Notes: generated by a model not told the origin, from the letters alone. A DNA stretch of 64,000 nt from a bacterium HR35 (GCA_002898235.1 BEIL01000004.1:499-64498), one strand, 5' to 3'. Numbered from the stretch's first letter, positions 1 to 8,609 are shown. Numbers and translations: made by a program.

Positions 1-227
1 TTTTTAACAAGATGTGGTTTTAAGCAATAAATATAAAGTTTATAATTTTTACTTCTTCTTAGAAATCCATTAACTTTAAGTTCAGATAACAAATTTCTAA
101 AAGCATCATTGTCTAATTCAAATTCAAATACAGAATATTGTACTCTCTCGCCATATTTTTCTAAAATTCTTACTAATCTATTTCTAATTTTATTTTCGGA
201 TATATCATAAGATATTATATATCTCAT
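1..227 (-). CDS. cas2: CRISPR-associated endoribonuclease Cas2 (3' end beyond window)
   Basis: Not in ORF track. Hand translation from ATG at 227 gives MRYIISYDISENKIRNRLVRILEKYGERVQYSVFEFEL..., with the Cas2 YDI and RVQYSVF motifs. ATGA overlap with the cas1 stop; frame stays open to the window edge. Confidence 0.95.
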   Translation of the reverse strand, partial: MRYIISYDISENKIRNRLVRILEKYGERVQYSVFEFELDNDAFRNLLSELKVNGFLRRSKNYKLYIYCLKPHLVK

Positions 228-1204
228 ATTGAACCTCTCATGTTTAATGGGACATAATTTTCTAATTCTCCAATAAGAGTTTTTGCAAGTATTCTTATTT
301 GATATAAAGATAATTCGTTTAATGTTAGTTTCTCTTTAAATTGTTTTATATAGAATTGTTTTTTATACCACCAGTCTAACCATTCCTTAATAAAAAATGC
401 TCTCGGCTTTTTCTTTAAAAAATAAACACCGTAATAATTTTCAAAATCTTCTTTTTTTATCCTTCTATTATTAATAAGATTAAGTACTAATTTATCCACT
501 GCAATTGGTCTGAATTCTTCCATCATATCAAGAGCTAATGACGGTCTTCTGTAGTTTATTTCATGATAAAAACCCATAAAGGGATCTAGGCCAACTAATA
601 AAATATTAGTTATTATTTTTGATACTAATAAAACATAGCCATAACTTAATAAAGAATTTATTTCATCTCTAGGAGGATTTTTCGTTCTATGAATAAAATT
701 AAAATCTTTGTTTTTTATTATTGAAGCAAACTTTAACCAATAAGATTGGGCAATTGTTCCCTCAATGCCTAAAATACTATTTTTTGAATATAACCCATTT
801 AATTCAACTTCTGGTAAATTTGCTTTTTTATCAATAGATTTCAAAACCCAAAGTTGGCTATTTCTTTTACCCATAACTATAGCCTTGGAGAAATTTAAAA
901 CAAAATTTAAATCTAATCTTTTTTTATATTGTGATTCTCTTAAAAAAATATTTTTACTGTTACCACTAAAATATGATCCATAATATTTGCCGTTTTTATT
1001 TATAAAGTAAATAGGTATTTTTAATTTAGAACACAGCTTCAAAAAACTAGGCTTTATATTATTATCTATATGCAAAATAATATCCTGAATTAAATTTGAT
1101 GGTAAAGTTTTTATTAAATCTTTTTTATTATAAATTCTAAATTGAAAATTATTTGCCGCAACTGTTTTATCTTTTTCCAAAATAACTAAAGTTTTTTTAT
1201 CCAT
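224..1204 (-). CDS. cas1: CRISPR-associated endonuclease Cas1
   Basis: 326 aa; LGIEG, NSLLSYGY, GLDPFMGFYH and LALDMMEEFRP motifs; lies between cas4 and cas2. Confidence 0.96.
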   Translation of the reverse strand: MDKKTLVILEKDKTVAANNFQFRIYNKKDLIKTLPSNLIQDIILHIDNNIKPSFLKLCSKLKIPIYFINKNGKYYGSYFSGNSKNIFLRESQYKKRLDLNFVLNFSKAIVMGKRNSQLWVLKSIDKKANLPEVELNGLYSKNSILGIEGTIAQSYWLKFASIIKNKDFNFIHRTKNPPRDEINSLLSYGYVLLVSKIITNILLVGLDPFMGFYHEINYRRPSLALDMMEEFRPIAVDKLVLNLINNRRIKKEDFENYYGVYFLKKKPRAFFIKEWLDWWYKKQFYIKQFKEKLTLNELSLYQIRILAKTLIGELENYVPLNMRGSI

Positions 1205-1223
1205 TTTTAATATTATCTTTAAG

Positions 1224-1814
1224 TTAATGATAAATCATCGAAGGTATACTGTCTACATAAAAGTAAGAACATCCCTTTTTCTTACATCCGTTTATTTTAT
1301 TATTAAAATCAATATTTTTTATTAATTCTCTAAATTCATTAATTTTTTTAACGGCATAATCTTTCAGAAATTTATTGATTATTACTTTTTTTCTTTTGTT
1401 AATTTTGTAAAAATATATATAACCAAAATCAATTTCTTTTTTTAGCATCTCTTCTAGACATAGAGACTGTAAGGTTAATTGTATTTTATGGAAAAAGTTT
1501 ATTCGTGGGTAACCAGCTTTATATTCAATAGGGATTGTTAAGTTTTTATTGACTTCAACTAAATCACAAAAACCAAAAATTTTATATTTGTGATTAAAAA
1601 CTAACATATTCTTCAATTGTTTCTTATTTTCTCTATATTTGATGTTAATCTTATTTAAATTCTTATGATACAATGAACCTTCATATAAAAAAATATTATT
1701 ATCATCATTTTCCCAACCTAAAAGCATATATAATCCTGCTTTAGGACAATAACAGTATTCTGCTATTGTTTTTATTGGCAAATAATTATCTACAAAAAAT
1801 TTAATTTCTAACAT
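1224..1814 (-). CDS. cas4: CRISPR-associated exonuclease Cas4
   Basis: YCYCPK, GFCD, IEYK, QLTLQ and C-terminal Cys motifs. ATG at 1814 is preferred over the TTG at 1859, which lies in a hairpin. Confidence 0.92.
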   Translation of the reverse strand: MLEIKFFVDNYLPIKTIAEYCYCPKAGLYMLLGWENDDNNIFLYEGSLYHKNLNKINIKYRENKKQLKNMLVFNHKYKIFGFCDLVEVNKNLTIPIEYKAGYPRINFFHKIQLTLQSLCLEEMLKKEIDFGYIYFYKINKRKKVIINKFLKDYAVKKINEFRELIKNIDFNNKINGCKKKGCSYFYVDSIPSMIYH

Positions 1815-1819
1815 TTTAA

Positions 1820-1973
1820 TCCGAAATGAAAACCCCGCCTTACGTGGCGAGGTTTTCAACCTTCCTTTTACAATCTATACTCTTTTTGCAACCGGTTTTT
1901 GCCGGTGACCGGTTTTTTGCCGGTGACTGACTGAGGTTGCTAAAACCAAACTAACCCAACCTCAGTCAATCAT
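1820..1973 (-). ncRNA. Candidate tracrRNA/scout-like structured RNA (or structured leader of cas4-cas1-cas2)
   Basis: Four hairpins (1924-1972, 1908-1924, 1891-1906, 1827-1858). The mismatches in the two long stems become G-U pairs only on the minus strand. Starts just downstream of a near-consensus promoter. Confidence 0.6.
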
Positions 1974-1977
1974 ATTA

Positions 1978-2006
1978 ATTATAGCACAAAAAATATAAAA
2001 AATCAA
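1978..2006 (-). promoter_or_regulatory. Sigma70-type promoter for the intergenic RNA
   Basis: Minus strand TTGATT-17 nt-TATAAT with extended -10 (TGcTATAAT). Confidence 0.75.
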
Positions 2007-2031
2007 TGCTTGCCTTTTTAATAAAAATTAT

Positions 2032-4488
2032 CTAAAAATCGTACTTTCTTGCTATATTTATTGCTCCAACTACATCCGCCTCTTCTTCATATCCACATTT
2101 TAAACATTTAAATTTATCTCTACTAATTCTGGGAGTAACTGTCTTAAAATATTCTAAGGCTTCTTTTAAATTATTTTGCTCAATTAGTTCTTTAATTTCG
2201 TCTAATTTAATATTTTTAGGATATTTGTTTAAATAACAAACCCAATGTTCTGGTAAATTTATTTGTAAACTACCAATTAAAAATTTTTTATTATCCAAAT
2301 CTATAGATTTTTCTTTTATCAAATTTTCAAATTGTTTTAAAGTTAAACCATCTAATATCTTCCTTTTAATATCTGCATTGAAGTTAAACTCACAATTTGG
2401 ACAAATAATTGATGTATCTTTTGGATCTACAAATTTTAATAAATATTTTTTAGGTAAATTAGCATATTGTAAGGCTAACTCAAGAAACTTTTCAATTTTT
2501 CTATAAACCCGCTTAGCAATAATTTTTTCTTCTTTGCCAAATCCTTTTCTTAAATTTTCCATAACAATTATTGCTGGATAATTACTTAAAATTTTTAAAA
2601 TTTTAGAAATGGATTGATGAAGAATAGTTTCTTGCGTTCTTAAAATCCTATTGCCTATTTTTTTCTTCTTTCTTTTTTTATGTAATTCTTCAAGTTTTTC
2701 AGCAAATTCTTTACCTAAAATGCCTTTTTCATTTCCAACCACCTTTTTGTCTTTATCTAAAACCGCATAAGCAATTGGATATTTCTCTCCCCTATCAATC
2801 CCTAAAACATAACTAATTTTATTTTTTATACTATCTTCAATAATATTGGTTATATCTCCGTTGTATTCAAAGGTAATATCAACATAATATTCAAATTTAT
2901 CACCGGGTTTGTTTTTAACTCTTTTCACTCTGGCGTTAGCAGGAAAAAATTTATTTTTAGATTCGCTTAAAAATCCCCATTCTTTATGAAACAATATTCT
3001 TCTTAAATAAGATTTACCGTGATACAACCAAAAATAACAAGAATAAGGATCTTTATCTTTCTCTAAATGACCTGAGATTAATTTGTATTCTTTGGGTTTT
3101 CTTTGTGATTTTTTTCTAGAACCGCCGGTTAATACAATGAAGTAAAAATCTTTATTATGGTCATTTTTTAAACAAAATGCTTTGGTTGAAATACCTAAAG
3201 TTATTCCTAATTGATGTTTTTCTTTTTGATTATCTTTATCGATTTTTAAAATTAAAGCCCCAGCTTTTAAAGGTTTATTATCTTTCCAACCGAAACCAGA
3301 GATTATAAAAGAGTCTTTAACTGGTTTTCCTTTCAAAAATTCTGCTTTAATTTTGGTTATTTCATTATTTATCTCATTTAAAGTTTCTCCTCTTTTTTCT
3401 TCCGGTAGACTAGAAACATATAAAATCTCGGTTAAGAAAAATAGGGTATTAAAGAATTTATTTCTACCCTGCCAATCAAATGGTTTTTTAAATAAATGCT
3501 TTTTTTGTTTTTCTAATTTATTAAATAAAGCTTTAATTATATTTTCTATGGATTCACTGCTTCTTTTTGTAATATACCAATATAAAAATCTATCTTTCAA
3601 CGCACTTGACTTCTTTTTTCTATATTTTAATTTTTTCAAAAGCTGTTCTCCTTTTTCTTGTAAATATTTAGATATTACGTCCTCCTGCTGTTTAATATCA
3701 ATTCTTTCTTTTTTGAGATTATATCTATCCTCAAAGCTATTAAGTAAGTATTTAAGTCTGTCTTTAAATTCTTCTTTAACTTTTTTAATATTAAATTCTA
3801 AATTATTTCTATTTTTAAAATCATCAAGATTTTGGTATTTTTCTATCAAAGGAAACGAGGGTAGTCTTTTTAAATTAGAGATAGGCCTTTTCTTTTTCAG
3901 ATTTCTTTCTTTATTAATTTCAGCGATAAGAGTATTAAATTCTTCAGTTAAATTTTTTGCTGTTTGCCAGGTCTCATAATTTTGAATACTTAATTTTTTA
4001 TATTCTTCTATTAAACCTTGAATTAAAGTTTTTTCTGAATCGTCTAAATCTTTTCTTTCTAAAATTTTTCCAACTAATCTTTTATTATCATAGAAAGCTT
4101 TTTGCGTATTAGTTACAAAACTATTAAGTACAGATGATATTTCTGTTCTAATTCCTTCTTCAACTTTTGAAGTTAAAATCTTATAGGTATTTTTAAATTT
4201 TTCAAATCTTTTTTTATTTTTATAAATCCAATCATAACCTAATTTTTTGTTAATAAATAAATTTAATTCGCCTGCCTTAAATTCCTCGTATAAATCTTTT
4301 AAATGTAAATATTTTATTTCAGAAATTTCTTCAAACCACTTATCTAAAATTTCTCTATCTTCTCCTTTGGGAAATATTCTAAAAGAAACGGTTCTAGATA
4401 AATTTTTAGGCAACAAGATGGTTTCATAAGCACTTCTTAAATCTTTTATTACTTGAAGAAATTTTATTTTATCTTTATTCTGGGTCAT
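2032..4488 (-). CDS. cas12: Type V CRISPR effector (Cas12 family, CasX/Cas12e-like C-terminus), 818 aa
   Basis: RuvC-I LGIDRGE (D565), RuvC-II IVMENL (E644), RuvC-III ADVVGAINIA (D805). Split zinc ribbon CPNC (696-699) and CLKC (795-798). Directly upstream of cas4-cas1-cas2. Confidence 0.92.
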   Translation of the reverse strand: MTQNKDKIKFLQVIKDLRSAYETILLPKNLSRTVSFRIFPKGEDREILDKWFEEISEIKYLHLKDLYEEFKAGELNLFINKKLGYDWIYKNKKRFEKFKNTYKILTSKVEEGIRTEISSVLNSFVTNTQKAFYDNKRLVGKILERKDLDDSEKTLIQGLIEEYKKLSIQNYETWQTAKNLTEEFNTLIAEINKERNLKKKRPISNLKRLPSFPLIEKYQNLDDFKNRNNLEFNIKKVKEEFKDRLKYLLNSFEDRYNLKKERIDIKQQEDVISKYLQEKGEQLLKKLKYRKKKSSALKDRFLYWYITKRSSESIENIIKALFNKLEKQKKHLFKKPFDWQGRNKFFNTLFFLTEILYVSSLPEEKRGETLNEINNEITKIKAEFLKGKPVKDSFIISGFGWKDNKPLKAGALILKIDKDNQKEKHQLGITLGISTKAFCLKNDHNKDFYFIVLTGGSRKKSQRKPKEYKLISGHLEKDKDPYSCYFWLYHGKSYLRRILFHKEWGFLSESKNKFFPANARVKRVKNKPGDKFEYYVDITFEYNGDITNIIEDSIKNKISYVLGIDRGEKYPIAYAVLDKDKKVVGNEKGILGKEFAEKLEELHKKRKKKKIGNRILRTQETILHQSISKILKILSNYPAIIVMENLRKGFGKEEKIIAKRVYRKIEKFLELALQYANLPKKYLLKFVDPKDTSIICPNCEFNFNADIKRKILDGLTLKQFENLIKEKSIDLDNKKFLIGSLQINLPEHWVCYLNKYPKNIKLDEIKELIEQNNLKEALEYFKTVTPRISRDKFKCLKCGYEEEADVVGAINIARKYDF

Positions 4489-4496
4489 ATATCTTT

Positions 4497-4505
4497 ATTT
4501 TACCA
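4497..4505 (-). promoter_or_regulatory. Putative extended -10 promoter of the effector gene
   Basis: TGgTAAAAT 8 nt upstream of the ATG; no Shine-Dalgarno visible. Confidence 0.4.
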
Positions 4506-4675
4506 AAAATTTGCTTATTTTATCATAAGATCCTTTATTTAAAATAAAAAAAATTTTAAGATTTTATTTATCGAAACTAAATTTTAATTTAAAATTTACC
4601 TTTTTTAAACTTTACCTAAAACAACTGCGTTGTTTATTTTACTGTTTTTGATAGATTATGAATTATAATAAACTT

Positions 4676-4750
4676 ATGGAGCTTGAAAAGATACATTGTG
4701 TACCGTGTGAGGGAGGGGTGCTGGCGTTGAGTGATGAAAAAGATAGATAA
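4676..4750 (+). pseudogene. N-terminal remnant of pterin-4a-carbinolamine dehydratase-like gene
   Basis: Encodes MELEKIHCVPCEGGVLALSDEKDR*. CVPCEGG is the typical N-terminus of the PhhB/PCD family; stops after 24 aa. Confidence 0.55.
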
Positions 4751-4986
4751 AATTTTAGAGTAAAAACTTTTTTATTTCTCAATTACTTCTTTTAAAACAA
4801 TAGCATTATTGTGGTCAGTATCTTTGGCTGAAAAAAGGAGGGTAAGTGTTTTGTGTTTCTTTTCTAATTTTTTGATTTGATTAATTAAATTTTTCTTCTC
4901 TTTTAGTTCTTGTTTGTATTTCTTTTTGAATTCTTGTATCAATTATTTCTATCAATTTTTAATCCCAGCTATTTTAATTATAAAAT

Positions 4987-6150
4987 TTAATCTCTAAAAG
5001 CTAAATTAAGAAATATTAATGATATCAGAATTAAAAAACCTCCGTAAAGAAAAGCATAAGTAAAATTTAATTTTGTCCAAATTAAACCGCCAATTAAACC
5101 ACCAAAAAGTTGGCCAAAACCATATAAAGAATTTAAAGTACCCTGAGCTGTGGCTAAATATTCTTGAGAAATATTTTTGCCTAAATACACCATTTTTATT
5201 CCATCAATTAAAGCTAAACTTAAAGAAAGCAAAATAATTGCTGGTATGATTAAAAAATTATTAGTAATAGAAAAAATTAAAAAAGATAAAAGAGCAAAAA
5301 TAAATCCAAGTTTTAGCATTAATTTTTCTCCATATTTATCAGCTAATCTGCCAATTGGAAAAGCAAAAATAACAAAGAATAAATTAAAGATAAAATAAAA
5401 AAGAGGCAGTGTTTTTAAACTTGAATCAATTGTTTGAATTCTTAAAAGAATAAGTGAAAGAGGAAAATAGCCTAAAGAAAATAAAAAGAATGAAAATAGA
5501 TAAAGTTTTAAATTTGATGGGAAAATTTTTAAATCGAAGATAAATTTTTTGTTTTTTGAATAATTGTCTTTTTTATCTTCAACAAAAACAAAAGTTAAAA
5601 TTGCTAAAAAACCCAAAACTGAGGCAATTAAAAATAATAATTTGTAATTTAAACCTAAGAAATAATTCAGAAGAATAAAACCAACAAGAGGTCCTAAAAT
5701 TGCTCCAATTGTATCAAAAGCCCTGTGGAAATTGTATGATTTATTTAATTCCTCTTTTTCTGAAGATAAATAAATTAAAGCATCTCGAGGTGCATCACGC
5801 AGACCTTTCCCTACTCTATCTAAAATTCTCAAACCCAAAACTTGCCAAAAACTATTAACTAAATAAAGAAAAAATCTTGTTGAAGCTGAAATTGAATAAC
5901 CAAGAACTGCTAAAATTTTTCTTCGATTAAGATAATCTGCTAATCTGCCTGAAAAAATTTTTAAAATATTATTTAGAGCTTCTGCAAAACCTTCTAAAAA
6001 ACCAACAAACCAAATGGGCGCACCTAAAACTCTGGTTAAAAAAGCAGGCATAACTGAATAAACCATCTCACTTGAAAAATCATTAAACAAACTCACTAAA
6101 CTTAAATAAAAAACATTTTTATCCACTCCTAAAATTTTCTTTTTATTCAT
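4987..6150 (-). CDS. MFS transporter
   Basis: About 12 hydrophobic segments; GRLADYLNRR and GRLADKYGEK motif A; DRVGKGLRDAPRDALI. Confidence 0.9.
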   Translation of the reverse strand: MNKKKILGVDKNVFYLSLVSLFNDFSSEMVYSVMPAFLTRVLGAPIWFVGFLEGFAEALNNILKIFSGRLADYLNRRKILAVLGYSISASTRFFLYLVNSFWQVLGLRILDRVGKGLRDAPRDALIYLSSEKEELNKSYNFHRAFDTIGAILGPLVGFILLNYFLGLNYKLLFLIASVLGFLAILTFVFVEDKKDNYSKNKKFIFDLKIFPSNLKLYLFSFFLFSLGYFPLSLILLRIQTIDSSLKTLPLFYFIFNLFFVIFAFPIGRLADKYGEKLMLKLGFIFALLSFLIFSITNNFLIIPAIILLSLSLALIDGIKMVYLGKNISQEYLATAQGTLNSLYGFGQLFGGLIGGLIWTKLNFTYAFLYGGFLILISLIFLNLAFRD

Positions 6151-6490
6151 TTTTTCTAAACTTTTTCAAGCTATCTAAAAATATTCCAAGAGCTAAAATT
6201 AAAAGGACAAGATCGCGAATAGCTATATCATTATAAAGGCCAAGAGTAAAAATAACTCCTAAAAGATGAAAAATTGCTAAAGCTGAGAAAATTAGAGGAT
6301 AAATATTAAAAATTAAACCTAAGCCAACAATTAAATTAAAAGTGCCATTGATTCTGAAAAAATTTTCTGAAGCAATAAAAGTTAAAAATTTAGGTAAATA
6401 AGCAGTCCAATAACCTGGATTTAAAATTTGCCACACCCCAAAAACAAAAAACACAAAACCTAAAGCAAAAGAATAAAGATTAAATTTCAT
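6143..6490 (-). CDS. DoxX-like membrane protein
   Basis: Four TM segments with FVFFVFGVWQ and IAIRD motifs; ATG at 6490 preferred. Confidence 0.6.
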   Translation of the reverse strand: MKFNLYSFALGFVFFVFGVWQILNPGYWTAYLPKFLTFIASENFFRINGTFNLIVGLGLIFNIYPLIFSALAIFHLLGVIFTLGLYNDIAIRDLVLLILALGIFLDSLKKFRKNE

Positions 6491-6501
6491 TATTTTAAAT
6501 T

Positions 6502-6933
6502 TTACCAATTTTTGCAGCATTCGAAAAGTTTTTGAAGTATTGATTGGAGATTTTGTTTTTTAGAAAAGATATAAATTAAACCGAAAATTATCCACAAAAA
6601 TAAAAGAAAATATAAAACATAAAAATTAATATTTTTGACTAAAAGAAAATAAGCAAAAGCAAATAAAGTTAAAATAAATGGCAGTTTAAAAATTCTAAGT
6701 TTTTCTTTTAAAAGATTAAAAATTCCTGAAACTGTTCCGCCAATTAAAAGAGATAGAATGATTTGATTCTTAAAATAACCAAAATAATATAAAATCAAAA
6801 ATAGAAGCCAAGCTAAAGAAATTGCTCCACAAACAGCACAAATATTTTTCTTAAAGATTGAATTAAAAAACAAAACCAAAATAAAAAATATTGGAATTGA
6901 AAGAAAAATTATAAAAACTTCATCGATAAACAT
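6502..6933 (-). CDS. Membrane protein with CxxC and C-terminal CC
   Basis: Hydrophobic 143 aa; ICAVC motif and terminal ECCKNW. Confidence 0.7.
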   Translation of the reverse strand: MFIDEVFIIFLSIPIFFILVLFFNSIFKKNICAVCGAISLAWLLFLILYYFGYFKNQIILSLLIGGTVSGIFNLLKEKLRIFKLPFILTLFAFAYFLLVKNINFYVLYFLLFLWIIFGLIYIFSKKQNLQSILQKLFECCKNW

Positions 6934-6938
6934 CTTTT

Positions 6939-7386
6939 CTGTGTATTCACGGACTTTTTCGGACTTAACACGGACTTTACGGACAACACTGACTCAATCG
7001 GACTGAACACAGACTTATCGGACATGTTCATTTTGTCAGTTCTGTCCGTGTATGGTCCGTGTTCAGTCTGTGTATTCACGGACTTTTTCGGACTTAACAC
7101 GAACTTTACGGACAACACTGACTTAATCGGGCTAGACACAGACTTATCGAATATGTTTATCTTGTCCGTTCTGTCCGTGTATGGTCCGTGTTCAGTCTGT
7201 GTATTCACGGACTTTTTCGGACTTAACACGGACTTTACGGACAACACTGACTTAATCGGACTGGACACTAGCTGTTCGGACTGATTAACCGACCAAATCA
7301 GACTTAATACAGACTAATCGGACTTATCGTTATCTTGTCAGTTCTGTCCGTGTATAGTCCATACCTGTCCGTGTATAGTCCGTGTT
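6939..7386. repeat. 129-bp tandem repeat (~2.5 copies plus degenerate tail) built from CGGAC/GTCCG motifs
   Basis: GTGTATTCACGGACTTTTTCGGAC recurs at 6941, 7070 and 7199; internal inverted repeat 7001-7014/7055-7068. Confidence 0.9.
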
Positions 7387-7387
7387 A

Positions 7388-7993
7388 TTATAACAATAAT
7401 TGAAAAATTATTGAAATCAAAATCATTAAAAGAAAATTAATTATCAATCCTTGATAAGGAAAAATTTTGCCTTGCCGAAGCTGAATAATTTTTTTACTAA
7501 TTGAAGGTGAAATTAAAATTATAATTCCGCCAATAATTGAACCAAGTAAAAATTTATCATAAACATAAGTTCGATTAAATAAACTTCCATAATCACCAAA
7601 CAAATAAAGATAAAAAGAACCAGTTTCATAGAAATAAAGTTTTAAAGGAAGAACAATTGAAAAAAAAGAAATAAGAATTGAAGCACAATCTATAATAAAG
7701 CGGTTTCGCCTGAGACTCATTCCGGCGGAGGTGTGTGCGTCAGCACTCCGAGGGCTGTGGGCTTCGGGGGATGAGTCGAGGGCAAACCGCTTTTGAATCA
7801 ACTTCGCTAACTACCACCCTAACGCTACACTAAATCCTCCAATCCAAATTCCAATTACTGACGACTTCATTCCCAATTCTTTAACAATCAAAGCGCCGAT
7901 CCCTGCTCCAGCAGTACACAACGGACAATGAGCAAAAACAAATAATGGAATTAAAAATAAAATTAATAAAATCAAAACTAACGAGCTTTTCAT
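7388..7993 (-). pseudogene. HCPLC-motif membrane protein interrupted by one in-frame TAG and a palindromic insertion
   Basis: ORFs 7811-7993 and 7388-7801 are in the same frame (LGW-TAG-LAKLIQKRF); similar to the intact paralog at 26867-27346. Confidence 0.7.
7697..7793. repeat. GC-rich palindromic element (MITE/REP-like)
   Basis: Terminal inverted repeat AAAGCGGTTT/AAACCGCTTT, inner GACTCAT/ATGAGTC and CGGAG/CTCCG stems; GC far above the surroundings. Confidence 0.75.
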
Positions 7994-8244
7994 TTTTTAT
8001 AAACATCTTTCCTATGACCAATTTTTAAAATAATTATTTTATCTCCATCAACATCAAAAAGTACTCTATAATCACCGATCCTAAGACGATATTCGCCTAA
8101 TCTTGAATCAACTAATTTTTCTGCATAAAGTAAAAAATTTTGTTGTGAGCTATAATATTTTAATTTCTTTAAAATCCTTTTTCTAATGTTAACATCTAAT
8201 TTTTTAAGATCTCGATAGGCTCCTTCTTTAAAATAAATTTTCAT
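7990..8244 (-). CDS. relE: RelE/ParE family toxin
   Basis: 84 aa; YRLRIGDYRVLF and IGHRKDVYK motifs. Confidence 0.9.
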   Translation of the reverse strand: MKIYFKEGAYRDLKKLDVNIRKRILKKLKYYSSQQNFLLYAEKLVDSRLGEYRLRIGDYRVLFDVDGDKIIILKIGHRKDVYKK

Positions 8245-8441
8245 AAATTATGCTCTTTCAGGACTTTTTCTAATGGAATTAATTTTTTAGATTTTCTTCT
8301 CTGATTAATTATTCTTCTTAAGTTTTTCGAACTTAACATTTCTAAATCTTCAATAAATTTTACCCAATCTTTTAAAGACAAAATTACTTTCCGCTCGCTA
8401 ATCTTATATTTAGGAATTTTAATCAAATCTTTTGTGGCCAT
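8241..8441 (-). CDS. Cognate antitoxin (RelB-like position)
   Basis: 66 aa, ATGA overlap with the toxin; EDLE and IPLEKV features typical of such antitoxins. Confidence 0.75.
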   Translation of the reverse strand: MATKDLIKIPKYKISERKVILSLKDWVKFIEDLEMLSSKNLRRIINQRRKSKKLIPLEKVLKEHNL

Positions 8442-8515
8442 TTCAATTATAATTATAACATAAATCCTTGTAATAACTTTTAAGTTTCTTGATTAATAAT
8501 ATAATTGATGCTATT

Positions 8516-8609
8516 ATCCGCGTAAATCAGCGTTATAATAATCAGCGTATCTCAGCATATAAGGAAAATATCCGTATAAATCCGTTTAATAATCCGTGTA
8601 AATCAGTGT
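8516..8609. repeat. Two four-copy ATC(C/A)G phased repeat cassettes
   Basis: Motif at 8516, 8526, 8541, 8551 and at 8570, 8580, 8592, 8602. Confidence 0.75.

Noticed and set aside
1815-1859. N-terminal extension of Cas4 from TTG at 1859
   Set aside because: It runs through a 13-bp hairpin; the ATG at 1814 gives a normal Cas4 start.
1891-1925. Tandem ACCGGTTTTTGCCGGTG as a mini CRISPR array
   Set aside because: Two adjacent 17-18-bp copies with no spacer; better explained as RNA hairpins.
3353-3979. 208-aa plus-strand ORF and other short antisense ORFs in the track
   Set aside because: Shadow frames opposite well-supported genes; Phe/Leu/Ser-rich as expected from the antisense of Lys/Glu-rich coding DNA.
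2032-4488. Effector as IS200/IS605 TnpB
   Set aside because: About twice the TnpB size, no tnpA or IS ends seen, and linked to cas4-cas1-cas2.
6909-7284. ORFs 6909-7268 (-) and 7024-7284 (+) as real proteins
   Set aside because: Both are translations of the tandem repeat, with no independent support.
6939-7386. Possible CRISPR array for the type V system
   Set aside because: Whole 129-bp units repeat with no unique spacers. The real array, if present, is probably left of cas2, outside the window.
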